From: the human T2T-CHM13v2.0 reference genome, Homo sapiens
DNA: 64,000 bases
Assembly (NCBI RefSeq): GCF_009914755.1
Contig: NC_060948.1
Reading direction: 5' to 3' (one strand)
The position numbers were made by a program, and so were the translations under genes. Every line of letters begins with the position of its first letter. Position 1 is the stretch's first letter. The notes beneath the pieces were generated by a model. That model was not told where the DNA came from. It saw only the letters and a list, made by a program, of their open reading frames with translations, and did not search any database. Below are positions 28,712-42,933 of the stretch, in pieces.

Positions 28712-31700
28712 AAGGGATTGGAATGGACTCGAATGGAATGGACTGCAATAGATAGGATTCGAATGGAATGAAAAAGAATTGAATGGAATAGAACAGAATG
28801 GAATCAAATCGAATGAAATGGAATGGAATAGAAAGGAATGGAATGAAATGGAATGGAAAGGATTCGAATGGAATGCAATCGAATGGAATGGAATCGAACG
28901 GAATGGAATAAAATGGAAGAAAACTGGCAAGAAATGGAATCGAAATGAATGGAGTGTTATGGAACGGACTCAAAAGGAATTGAATGTAATAGAATGGAGT
29001 GGAGTGGACTCGAATATAATGGACTGGAATGGAATGAAATCACATGGAATGGGAACGAATGGAATGGAATGGAAAGGAATGGAATCGAATGGAAAGGAAT
29101 CGAATGGAAGGGAATGAAATTGAATCAACAGGAATGGAAGGGAATAGAATAGACGGTAATGGAATGGACTTGAATAGAATGGACACGAATGCTCAAATTG
29201 AATGGACTCGAATGGAATGGAAACGAAAGGAATGTCATCGAATGGAATTGAATCGATTGGAATGAAATGGCATAGAATGGAGTGGAATCAAATGGAATTG
29301 AATCGAAAGGAAAGGAAGCGAATGGACTGAAATGAAATGGAATGGAATTGAATGGAAAGTAATGCAATGGAATAGAATGGAACGAAATTTCACGGAATGG
29401 AATCAAACTGAATGGAATCAAATCAATGGAATCAAATCAAATGGAATGGAAAGGAATTGAATGGAGTAGATTGGATTGGATGGGATTGGAATGAAATGTA
29501 CTGGAAAGGACTCGAATTTCATGAAACGGAATGGAATGAATTGGAACGGAATGGACTCGAATGGAATGGAATGTCATGGAATGGCATCAAATGGAATGGC
29601 ATCAAATGGAATGGAATCGAATGCAATGGAATGCTATGGAATGGAATGGAATGCATTGGAATGGAATGTCCTCTAATGGAATGGATTCGAGTGGAATGGA
29701 ATCGAATATAATGGAGTCGAATGAAATGGAATTGAAAGGAATGGGATCGAATACAATGGAATATACTGGAATGTAATGTAATGAACTCGAATGTAATTGA
29801 CTGGAATGGAATGTACATGAATGGAATGTAATCGAATGGAAAGTAATCCAATGGAATAGAATCTAATGCAATAAAATCGACTCAGATAGAGTAGAATGTA
29901 ATGGAATGGAGTGCAGTGCAATGGAATGGAATGGAATGGAATGCAATGGAATGGAATGTTATGGAATGGAATGGGATGGAATGGTATGGAATGGACAGTA
30001 ATGGACTGGAGTGAAATGGACTGGAAAGGAATGGACTCAAATTGAAAGGGCTCGAAAGGAATGGAGACAAATGGAATGGTCTGGAATGGAATGAACACGA
30101 ATGTAATGCAATCCAATAGAATGGAGTCGAATGGCATGGAATATAAAGAAATGGAATCGAAGAGAATGGAAACAAATGGAATGGAATTGAATGGAATGGA
30201 ATTGAATGGAATGGGAACGAATGGAGTGAAATTGTATGCAGTAGAAGAGAATAGAATGGAATGCAAGCGAAAGGAAAGGAATGGATTGGAATGGAATGGA
30301 ATTCATTGGAATGGAAGGGAATGTAGTGTAATGGACAGGCCTGGAATAAAGTGGAATGCTACGGTCTCGAATGGTATAAAAATGTATGGAATGGAATGCA
30401 ATGAAACGGAATCGAATGTCATAGAATGTAATGGAATGCAAAAAAATGGAATCCAAAATCATTGACTGGAAAGGCAGGGTGTCGAAAGGAATTGACTCCA
30501 ATGGAATGGAATCGAATGGAATGGAAGTGAATAGAATCGAACTAAATCGAATGGAATGGAATTGATAGGAACGGAATGGAAAGGAATGCAATGATTTGGC
30601 ATGGAATGCCATCGAATGGCATCGAATGGAATGGAATGGAATGCAATGGAATGGAATGTATTAGAATGTAATGAACTTTAATGGAATGTACTCGAATGGA
30701 TTCGACTGGAATGGAATGTTCTGGAAGTGAATGGACTCCAATGGAATGGATTCCAAAGGAATGGAATCGTACGGAATGGAATCTAATGGAATGGAATTAA
30801 ATGGAAATGAATCAAATTGAATAGCACGGAATTGAATTGAATGGAATGGAATGCAATGGAATCTAATGAAACGGAAAGGAAAGGAATGGAATGGAATGGA
30901 ATGGGCTGGAATGGAAAGGAATCGAAACGAATGGAATGGAATCGAAGTGAAGAGACTGGAATGGAATGCACTGGAATGGAAGGGAGTGTAATGGAAGGTT
31001 CTCGAAAAAAATGGAATCGAATGGAATGGAATTGAATGGAACGGAATAGAGTCGAATGGAATTGAATGGAATGGAATGGACTAGAGTGAAATGGAATCGA
31101 ACCACAAGGAATGGACAGGAATAGAATGGTCTCGAATTGAATGGAATCGTATGGAATGGCATCAAACGGAATGGAATGGACAGCCACGGAATGGAATGCA
31201 CTCGAATGCAATGGAGTCGAAACTAATGGACTGGAATAGAATGGACTCGACTGGTACGGACTCCAATGGAATGGAATCGAATGGAAGGGAATCGAACGGA
31301 ATGGACTCGAAGGGAAAAGACTGCAATGGAAAGGTCTCGAATGGAATGGAAATTAATTGAATGGAATGGAATCGAATGAAATGGAGTCAAAAGGAATGGA
31401 ATCGAATGGCAAGAAATCGAATGTAATGGAATCGCAAGGAATTGATGTGAACGGAACGGAATGGAATGGAATCCAAAGGAATGGAATATAATGGAATGGA
31501 ATCGAATGGAAAGGACTCGAATGGAAATCACTCGAATAGAATGCAATTTAATAAAATAGGATCAAATGTAATGGAATGGAATGGAAAGGAATCGAAACGA
31601 AAGGAATGGAGACAGATGGAATGGAATGGAACAGAGAGCAATGGTATAGAATGGAATGGAATCATCTGGAATGGAATTGAATGGAATGGAATAATATGAA

Positions 31701-32250
31701 ATGGAATGGAATGGAATGGAATGGAATGCCGTTGAATTAAATGGACCGGACTCGAACAGAGTGGAATGGAAAGTGTTGAGATAGAATGGAATGGACTCCT
31801 TTGGAATGCTCTAGTATGCAATGCAATCGACTGGCAGGGAATAAAAAGGAATGTAATCGAATGGATTGGACTGGAATGCAATGGACTCGAATAGATTGGA
31901 AACGGAATGCAAAGGAATGGAATGGAATAGTATGGAATGGAATGGAAAGGAATGGAGTGGAATAGACTAGAGTGGAATGGAATGGACTGGAAAGCAATGG
32001 ACTGGAATGGAACTTTCTTGAATGGAGTGGAATCAAACGGAATGGAATGCAATGCAATCAAATGGCATGGAATAAAATAGAATGAAAGAGAATCAAATGG
32101 AATTGAATCGAATGGAATCGAATGGATTGGAAAGGAATAGAATGGAATGGAATGGAATTGACTCAAATGGAATGGACTAGAATGGAATGGATTCGAATGG
32201 AAGGCAAAGGAATGGAATCTTTTGGAATGGACTGTAATGGAATGGAATGG
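28712..32250 (+). repeat. Macro-unit U9 (3539 bp), first short-subfamily copy
   Basis: Landmark spacing; short central tract, GGAGACAAAT, AGAAGAGAAT, GGTATAAAA, GGACCGGA variants. Confidence 0.93.
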
Positions 32251-35200
32251 AAGGGATTGGAATGGACTCGAATGGAATGGACTGCAATAGATAGGATTCG
32301 AATGGAATGAAAAAGAATTGAATGGAATAGAACAGAATGGAATCAAATCGAATGAAATGGAATGGAATAGAAAGGAATGGAATGAAATGGAATGGAAAGG
32401 ATTCGAATGGAATGCAATCGAATGGAATGGAATCGAACGGAATGGAATAAAATGGAAGAAAACTGGCAAGAAATGGAATCGAAATGAATGGAGTGTTATG
32501 GAACGGACTCAAAAGGAATTGAATGTAATAGAATGGAGTGGAGTGGACTCGAATATAATGGACTGGAATGAAATGAAATCACATGGAATGGGAACGAATG
32601 GAATGGAATGGAAAGGAATGGAATCGAATGGAAAGGAATCGAATGGAAGGGAATGAAATTGAATCAACAGGAATGGAAGGGAATAGAATAGACGGTAATG
32701 GAATGGACTCGAATAGAATGGACACGAATGCTCAAATAGAATGGACTCGAATGGAATGGAAACGAAAGGAATGTCATCGAATGGAATTGAATCGATTGGA
32801 ATGAAATCGCATAGAATGGAGTGGAATCAAATGGAATTGAATCGAAAGGAAAGGAAGCGAATGGACTGAAATGAAATGGAATGGAATTGAATGGAAAGTA
32901 ATGCAATGGAATAGAATGGAACGAAATTTCACGGAATGGAATCAAACTGAATGGAATCAAATCAATGGAATCAAATCAAATGGAATGGAAAGGAATTGAA
33001 TGGAGTAGATTGGATTGGATGGGATTGGAATGAAATGTACTGGAAAGGACTCGAATTTCATGAAACGGAATGGAATGAATTGGAACGGAATGGACTCGAA
33101 TGGAATGGAATGTCATGGAATGGCATCAAATGGAATGGCATCAAATGGAATGGAATCGAATGCAATGGAATGCTATGGAATGGAATGGAATGCATTAGAA
33201 TGGAATGTCCTCTAATGGAATGGATTCGAGTGGAATGGAATCTAATATAATGGAGTCGAATGAAATGGAATTGAAAGGAGTGGGATCGAATACAATGGAA
33301 TATACTGGAATGTAATGTAATGAACTCGAATGTAATTGACTGGAATGGAATGTACATGAATGGAATGTAATCGAATGGAAAGTAATCCAATGGAATAGAA
33401 TCTAATGCAATAAAACCGACTCAGATAGAGTAGAATGTAATGGAATGGAGTGCAGTGCAATGGAATGGAATGGAATGGAATGCAATGCAATGGAATGGAA
33501 TGGAATGGAATGGAATGGAATGGAATGGAATGGAATGGGATGGAATGGGATGGGATGGAATGGTATGGAATGGATAGTAATGGACTGGAGTGAAATGGAC
33601 TGGAAAGGAATGGACTCAAATTGAAAGGGCTCGAAAGGAATGGAGTCAAATGGAATGGTCTGGACTGGAATGAACACGAATGTAATGCAATCCAATAGAA
33701 TGGAATCGAATGGCATGGAATATAAAGAAATGGAATCGAAGAGAATGGAAACAAATGGAATGGAATTGAATGGAATGGAATTGAATGGAATGGGAACGAA
33801 TGGAGTGAAATTGTATGCAGTAGAAGGGAATAGAATGGAATGCAAGCGAAAGGAAAGGAATGGATTGGAATGGAATGGAATTCATTGGAATGGAAGGGAA
33901 TGTAGTGTAATGGACAGGCCTGGAATAAAGTGGAATGCTACGGTCTCGAATGGAATAAAAATGTATGGAATGGAATGCAATGAAACGGAATCGAATGTCA
34001 TAGAATGTAATGGAATGCAACAAAATGGAATCCAAAATCATTGACTGGAAAGGCTGGGTGTCGAAAGGAATTGACTCCAATGGAATGGAATCGAATGGAA
34101 TGGAAGTGAATAGAATCGAACTAAATCGAATGGAATGGAATTGATAGGAACGGAATGGAAAGGAATGCAATGATTTGGCATGGAATGCAATCGAATGGCA
34201 TCGAATGGAATGGAATGGAATGCAATGGAATGGAATGTATTAGAATGTAATGAACTTTAATGGAATGTACTCGAATGGATTCGACTGGAATGGAATGTTC
34301 TGGAAGTGAATGGACTCCAATGGAATGGATTCAAAAGGAATGGAATCGTACGGAATGGAATCTAATGGAATGGAATTAAATGGAAATGAATCAAATTGAA
34401 TAGCACGGAATTGAATTGAATGGAATGGAATGCAATGGAATCTAATGAAACGGAAAGGAAAGGAATGGAATGGAATGGAATGGGCTGGAATGGAAAGGAA
34501 TCGAAACGAATGGAATGGAATCGAAGTGAAGAGACTGGAATGGAATGCACTGGAATGGAAGGGAGTGTAATGGAAGGTTCTCGAAAAAAATGGAATCGAA
34601 TGGAATGGAATTGAATGGAACGGAATAGAGTCGAATGGAATTGAATGGAATGGAATGGACTAGAGTGAAATGGAATCGAACCACAAGGAATGGACAGGAA
34701 TAGAATGGTCTCGAATTGAATGGAATCGTATGGAATGGCATCAAACGGAATGGAATGGACAGCCACGGAATGGAATGCACTCGAATGCAATGGAGTCGAA
34801 ACTAATGGACTGGAATAGAATGGACTCGACTGGTACGGACTCCAATGGAATGGAATCGAATGGAAGGGAATCGAACGGAATGGACTCGAAGGGAAAAGAC
34901 TGCAATGGAAAGGTCTCGAATGGAATGGAAATTAATGGAATGGAATGGAATCGAATGAAATGGAGTCAAAAGGAATGGAATCGAATGGCAAGAAATCGAA
35001 TGTAATGGAATCGCAAGGAATTGATGTGAACGGAACGGAATGGAATGGAATCCAAAGGAATGGAATAGAATGGAATGGAATCGAATGGAAAGGACTCGAA
35101 TGGAAATCACTCGAATAGAATGCAATTTAATAAAATAGGATCAAATGTAATGGAATGGAATGGAAAGGAATCGAAACGAAAGGAATGGAGACAGATGGAA

Positions 35201-35844
35201 TGGAATGGAACAGAGAGCAATGGTATAGAATGGAATGGAATCATCTGGAATGGAATTGAATGGAATGGAATAATATGAAATGGAATGGAATGGAATGGAA
35301 TGGAATGGAATGCCCTTGAATTAAATGGACTGGAATGGAATGGACTCGAACAGAGTGGAATGGAAAGTTTTGAGATAGAATGGAATGGACTCCTTTGGAA
35401 TGGTGTAGTATGCAATGCAATCGACTGGCAGGGAATCAAAAGGAATGTAATCGAATGGATTGGACTGGAATGCAATGGACTCGAATAGATTGGAAACGGA
35501 ATGCAAAGGAATGGAATGGAATAGTATGGAATGGAATGGAAAGGAATGGAGTGGAATAGACTAGAGTGGAATGGAATGGACTGGAAAGCAATGGACTGGA
35601 ATGGAACTTTCTTGAATGGACTGGAATCAAACGGAATGGAATGCAATGCAATCAAACGGCATGGAATAAAATAGAATGAAAGAGAATCAAATGGAATTGA
35701 ATCGAATGGAATCGAATGGATTGGAAAGGAATAGAATGGAATGGAATGGAATTGACTCAAATGGAATGGACTAGAATGGAATGGATTCGAATGGAAGGCA
35801 AAGGAATGGAATCTTTTGGAATGGACTGTAATGGAATGGAATGG
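32251..35844 (+). repeat. Macro-unit U10 (3594 bp), long-subfamily copy
   Basis: Landmark spacing; TCTAATAT, GGAGTGGGATC, AAACCGACTC as in U2-U5, U7 and U8. Confidence 0.93.
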
Positions 35845-38800
35845 AAGGGATTGGAATGGACTCGAATGGAATGGACTGCAATAGATAGGATTCGAATGGA
35901 ATGAAAAAGAATTGAATGGAATAGAACAGAATGGAATCAAATCGAATGAAATGGAATGGAATAGAAAGGAATGGAATGAAATGGAATGGAAAGGATTCGA
36001 ATGGAATGCAATCGAATGGAATGGAATCGAACGGAATGGAATAAAATGGAAGAAAACTGGCAAGAAATGGAATCGAAATGAATGGAGTGTTATGGAACGG
36101 ACTCAAAAGGAATTGAATGTAATAGAATGGAGTGGAGTGGACTCGAATATAATGGACTGGAATGGAATGAAATCACATGGAATGGGAACGAATGGAATGG
36201 AATGGAAAGGAATGGAATCGAATGGAAAGGAATCGAATGGAAGGGAATGAAATTGAATCAACAGGAATGGAAGGGAATAGAATAGACGGTAATGGAATGG
36301 ACTTGAATAGAATGGACACGAATGCTCAAATTGAATGGACTCGAATGGAATGGAAACGAAAGGAATGTCATCGAATGGAATTGAATCGATTGGAATGAAA
36401 TGGCATAGAATGGAGTGGAATCAAATGGAATTGAATCGAAAGGAAAGGAAGCGAATGGACTGAAATGAAATGGAATGGAATTGAATGGAAAGTAATGCAA
36501 TGGAATAGAATGGAACGAAATTTCACGGAATGGAATCAAACTGAATGGAATCAAATCAATGGAATCAAATCAAATGGAATGGAAAGGAATTGAATGGAGT
36601 AGATTGGATTGGATGGGATTGGAATGAAATGTACTGGAAAGGACTCGAATTTCATGAAACGGAATGGAATGAATTGGAACGGAATGGACTCGAATGGAAT
36701 GGAATGTCATGGAATGGCATCAAATGGAATGGCATCAAATGGAATGGAATCGAATGCAATGGAATGCTATGGAATGGAATGGAATGCATTGGAATGGAAT
36801 GTCCTCTAATGGAATGGATTCGAGTGGAATGGAATCGAATATAATGGAGTCGAATGAAATGGAATTGAAAGGAATGGGATCGAATACAATGGAATATACT
36901 GGAATGTAATGTAATGAACTCGAATGTAATTGACTGGAATGGAATGTACATGAATGGAATGTAATCGAATGGAAAGTAATCCAATGGAATAGAATCTAAT
37001 GCAATAAAATCGACTCAGAGTAGAATGTAATGGAATGGAGTGCAGTGCAATGGAATGGAATGGAATGGAATGCAATGGAATGGAATGTTATGGAATGGAA
37101 TGGGATGGAATGGTATGGAATGGATAGTAATGGACAGGAGTGAAATGGACTGGAAAGGAATGGACTCAAATTGAAAGGGCTCGAAAGGAATGGAGACAAA
37201 TGGAATGGTCTGGAATGGAATGAACACGAATGTAATGCAATCCAATAGAATGGAGTCGAATGGCATGGAATATAAAGAAATGGAATCGAAGAGAATGGAA
37301 ACAAATGGAATGGAATTGAATGGAATGGAATTGAATGGAATGGGAACGAATGGAGTGAAATTGTATGCAGTAGAAGAGAATAGAATGGAATGCAAGCGAA
37401 AGGAAAGGAATGGATTGGAATGGAATGGAATTCATTGGAATGGAAGGGAATGTAGTGTAATGGACAGGCCTGGAATAAAGTGGAATGCTACGGTCTCGAA
37501 TGGTATAAAAATGTATGGAATGGAATGCAATGAAACGGAATCGAATGTCATAGAATGTAATGGAATGCAAAAAAATGGAATCCAAAATCATTGACTGGAA
37601 AGGCTGGGTGTCGAAAGGAATTGACTCCAATGGAATGGAATCGAATGGAATGGAAGTGAATAGAATCGAACTAAATCGAATGGAATGGAATTGATAGGAA
37701 CGGAATGGAAAGGAATGCAATGATTTGGCATGGAATGCAATCGAATGGCATCGAATGGAATGGAATGGAATGCAATGGAATGGAATGTATTAGAATGTAA
37801 TGAACTTTAATGGAATGTACTCGAATGGATTCGACTGGAATGGAATGTTCTGGAAGTGAATGGACTCCAATGGAATGGATTCCAAAGGAATGGAATCGTA
37901 CGGAATGGAATCTAATGGAATGGAATTAAATGGAAATGAATCAAATTGAATAGCACGGAATTGAATTGAATGGAATGGAATGCAATGGAATCTAATGAAA
38001 CGGAAAGGAAAGGAATGGAATGGAATGGAATGGGCTGGAATGGAAAGGAATCGAAACGAATGGAATGGAATCGAAGTGAAGAGACTGGAATGGAATGCAC
38101 TGGAATGGAAGGGAGTGTAATGGAAGGTTCTCGAAAAAAATGGAATCGAATGGAATGGAATTGAATGGAACGGAATAGAGTCGAATGGAATTGAATGGAA
38201 TGGAATGGACTAGAGTGAAATGGAATCGAACCACAAGGAATGGACAGGAATAGAATGGTCTCGAATTGAATGGAATCGTATGGAATGGCATCAAACGGAA
38301 TGGAATGGACAGCCACGGAATGGAATGCACTCGAATGCAATGGAGTCGAAACTAATGGACTGGAATAGAATGGACTCGACTGGTACGGACTCCAATGGAA
38401 TGGAATCGAATGGAAGGGAATCGAACGGAATGGACTCGAAGGGAAAAGACTGCAATGGAAAGGTCTCGAATGGAATGGAAATTAATGGAATGGAATGGAA
38501 TCGAATGAAATGGAGTCAAAAGGAATGGAATCGAATGGCAAGAAATCGAATGTAATGGAATCGCAAGGAATTGATGTGAACGGAACGGAATGGAATGGAA
38601 TCCAAAGGAATGGAATATAATGGAATGGAATCGAATGGAAAGGACTCGAATGGAAATCACTCGAATAGAATGCAATTTAATAAAATAGGATCAAATGTAA
38701 TGGAATGGAATGGAAAGGAATCGAAACGAAAGGAATGGAGACAGATGGAATGGAATGGAACAGAGAGCAATGGTATAGAATGGAATGGAATCATCTGGAA

Positions 38801-39379
38801 TGGAATTGAATGGAATGGAATAATATGAAATGGAATGGAATGGAATGGAATGGAATGCCCTTGAATTAAATGGACCGGACTCGAACAGAGTGGAATGGAA
38901 AGTGTTGAGATAGAATGGAATGGACTCCTTTGGAATGGTGTAGTATGCAATGCAATCGACTGGCAGGGAATCAAAAGGAATGTAATGGAATGGATTGGAC
39001 TGGAATGCAATGGACTCGAATAGATTGGAAACGGAATGCAAAGGAATAGAATGGAATAGTATGGAATGGAATGGAAAGGAATGGAGTGGAATAGACTAGA
39101 GTGGAATGGAATGGACTGGAAAGCAATGGACTGGAATGGAACTTTCTTGAATGAACTGGAATCAAACGGAATGGAACGCAATGCAATCAAATGGCATGGA
39201 ATAAAATAGAATGAAAGAGAATCAAATGGAATTGAATCGAATGGAATCGAATGGATTGGAAAGGAATAGAATGGAATGGAATGGAATTGACTCAAATGGA
39301 ATGGACTAGAATGGAATGGATTCGAATGGAAGGCAAAGGAATGGAATCTATTGGAATGGACTGTAATGGAATGGAATGG
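35845..39379 (+). repeat. Macro-unit U11 (3535 bp), 4-bp deletion near 37018
   Basis: Landmark spacing. Reads CGACTCAGAGTAG instead of CGACTCAGATAGAGTAG. Confidence 0.93.
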
Positions 39380-42300
39380 AAGGGATTGGAATGGACTCGA
39401 ATGGAATGGACTGCAATAGAAAGGACTCGAATGGAATGAAAAAGAATTGAATGGAATAGAACAGAATGGAATCAAATCGAATGAAATGGAATGGAATAGA
39501 AAGGAATGGAATGAAATGGAATGGAAAGGATTCGAATGGAATGCAATCGAATGGAATGGAATCGAACGGAATGGAATAAAATGGAAGAAAACTGGCAAGA
39601 AATGGAATCGAAAGGAATGGAGTGTTATGGAACGGACTCAAAAGGAATTGAATGTAATAGAATGGAGTGGAGTGGACTCGAATATAATGGACTGGAATGG
39701 AATGAAATCACATGGAATGGGAACGAATGGAATGGAATGGAAAGGAATGGAATCGAATGGAAAGGAATCGAATGGAAGGGAATGAAATTGAATCAACAGG
39801 AATGGAAGGGAATAGAATAGACGGTAATGGAATGGACTCGAATAGAATGGACACGAATGCTCAAATTGAATGGACTCGAATGGAATGGAAACGAAAGGAA
39901 TGTCATCGAATGGAATTGAATCGATTGGAATGAAATGGCATAGAATGGAGTGGAATCAAATGGAATTGAATCGAAAGGAAAGGAAGCGAATGGACTGAAA
40001 TGAAATGGAATGGAATTGAATGGAAAGTAATGCAATGGAATAGAATGGAACGAAATTTCACGGAATGGAATCAAACTGAATGGAATCAAATCAATGGAAT
40101 CTAATCAAATGGAATGGAAAGGAATTGAATGGAATAGATTGGATTGGATGGGATTGGAATGAAATGTACTGGAAAGGACTCGAATTTCATGAAACGGAAT
40201 GGAATGAATTGGAACGGAGTGGACTCGAATGGAATGGAATGTCATGGAATGGCATCAAATGGAATGGCATCAAATGGAATGGAATCGAATGCAATGGAAT
40301 GCTATGGAATGGAATGGAATGCATTGGAATGGAATGTCCTCTAATGGAATGGATTCGAGTGGAATGGAATCGAATATAATGGAGTCGAATGAAATGGAAT
40401 TGAAAGGAATGGGATCGAATACAATGGAATATACTGGAATGTAATGTAATGAACTCGAATGTAATTGACTGGAATGGAATGTACATGAATGGAATGTAAT
40501 CGAATGGAAAGTAATCCAATGGAATAGAATCTAATGCAATAAAATCGACTCAGATAGAGTAGAATGTAATGGAATGGAGTGCAGTGCAATGGAATGGAAT
40601 GGAATGGAATGCAATGGAATGGAATGTTATGGAATGGAATGGGATGGAATGGTATGGAATGGACAGTAATGGACTGGAGTGAAATGGACTGGAAAGGAAT
40701 GGACTCAAATTGAAAGGGCTCGAAAGGAATGGAGACAAATGGAATGGTCTGGAATGGAATGAACACGAATGTAATGCAATCCAATAGAATGGAGTCGAAT
40801 GGCATGGAATATAAAGAAATGGAATCGAAGAGAATGGAAACAAATGGAATGGAATTGAATGGAATGGAATTGAATGGAATGGGAACGAATGGAGTGAAAT
40901 TGTATGCAGTAGAAGAGAATAGAATGGAATGCAAGCGAAAGGAAAGGAATGGATTGGAATGGAATGGAATTCATTGGAATGGAAGGGAATGTAGTGTAAT
41001 GGACAGGCCTGGAATAAAGTGGAATGCTACGGTCTCGAATGGTATAAAAATGTATGGAATGGAATGCAATGAAACAGAATCGAATGTCATAGAATGTAAT
41101 GGAATGCAAAAAAATGGAATCCAAAATCATTGACTGGAAAGGCTGGGTGTCGAAAGGAATTGACTCCAATGGAATGGAATCGAATGGAATGGAAGTGAAT
41201 AGAATCGAACTAAATCGAATGGAATGGAATTGATAGGAACGGAATGGAAAGGAATGCAATGATTTGGCATGGAATGCAATCGAATGGCATCGAATGGAAT
41301 GGAATGGAATGCAATGGAATGGAATGTATTAGAATGTAATGAACTTTAATGGAATGTACTCGAATGGATTCGACTGGAATGGAATGTTCTGGAAGTGAAT
41401 GGACTCCAATGGAATGGATTCCAAAGGAATGGAATCGTACGGAATGGAATCTAATGGAATGGAATTAAATGGAAATGAATCAAATTGAATAGCACGGAAT
41501 TGAATTGAATGGAATGGAATGCAATGGAATCTAATGAAACGGAAAGGAAAGGAATGGAATGGAATGGAATGGGCTGGAATGGAAAGGAATCGAAACGAAT
41601 GGAATGGAATCGAAGTGAAGAGACTGGAATGGAATGCACTGGAATGGAAGGGAGTGTAATGGAAGGTTCTCGAAAAAAATGGAATCGAATGGAATGGAAT
41701 TGAATGGAACGGAATAGAGTCGAATGGAATTGAATGGAATGGAATGGACTAGAGTGAAATGGAATCGAACCACAAGGAATGGACAGGAATAGAATGGTCT
41801 CGAATTGAATGGAATCGTATGGAATGGCATCAAACGGAATGGAATGGACAGCCACGGAATGGAATGCACTCGAATGCAATGGAGTCGAAACTAATGGACT
41901 GGAATAGAATGGACTCGACTGGTACGGACTCCAATGGAATGGAATCGAATGGAAGGGAATCGAACGGAATGGACTCGAAGGGAAAAGACTGCAATGGAAA
42001 GGTCTCGAATGGAATGGAAATTAATTGAATGGAATGGAATCGAATGAAATGGAGTCAAAAGGAATGGAATCGAATGGCAAGAAATCGAATGTAATGGAAT
42101 CGCAAGGAATTGATGTGAACGGAACGGAATGGAATGGAATCCAAAGGAATGGAATATAATGGAATGGAATCGAATGGAAAGGACTCGAATGGAAATCACT
42201 CGAATAGAATGCAATTTAATAAAATAGGATCAAATGTAATGGAATGGAATGGAAAGGAATCGAAACGAAAGGAATGGAGACAGATGGAATGGAATGGAAC

Positions 42301-42933
42301 AGAGAGCAATGGTATAGAATGGAATGGAATCATCTGGAATGGAATTGAATGGAATGGAATAATATGAAATGGAATGGAATGGAATGGAATGGAATGGAAT
42401 GCCCTTGAATTAAATGGACTGGAATGGAATGGACTCGAACAGAGTGGAATGGAAAGTTTTGAGATAGAATGGAATGGACTCCTTTGGAATGGTGTAGTAT
42501 GCAATGCAATCGACTGGCAGGGAATCAAAAGGAATGTAATCGAATGGATTGGACTGGAATGCAATGGACTCGAATAGATTGGAAACGGAATGCAAAGGAA
42601 TGGAATGGAATAGTATGGAATGGAATGGAAAGGAATGGAGTGGAATAGACTAGAGTGGAATGGAATGGACTGGAAAGCAATGGACTGGAATGGAACTTTC
42701 TTGAATGGACTGGAATCAAACGGAATGGAATGCAATGCAATCAAACGGCATGGAATAAAATAGAATGAAAGAGAATCAAATGGAATTGAATCGAATGGAA
42801 TCGAATGGGTTGGAAAGGAATAGAATGGAATGGAATGGAATTGACTCAAATGGAATGGACTAGAATGGAATGGATTCGAATGGAAGGCAAAGGAATGGAA
42901 TCTTTTGGAATGGACTGTAATGGAATGGAATGG
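39380..42933 (+). repeat. Macro-unit U12 (3554 bp), mosaic
   Basis: Landmark spacing; mixed variant pattern (see findings). Confidence 0.93.
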
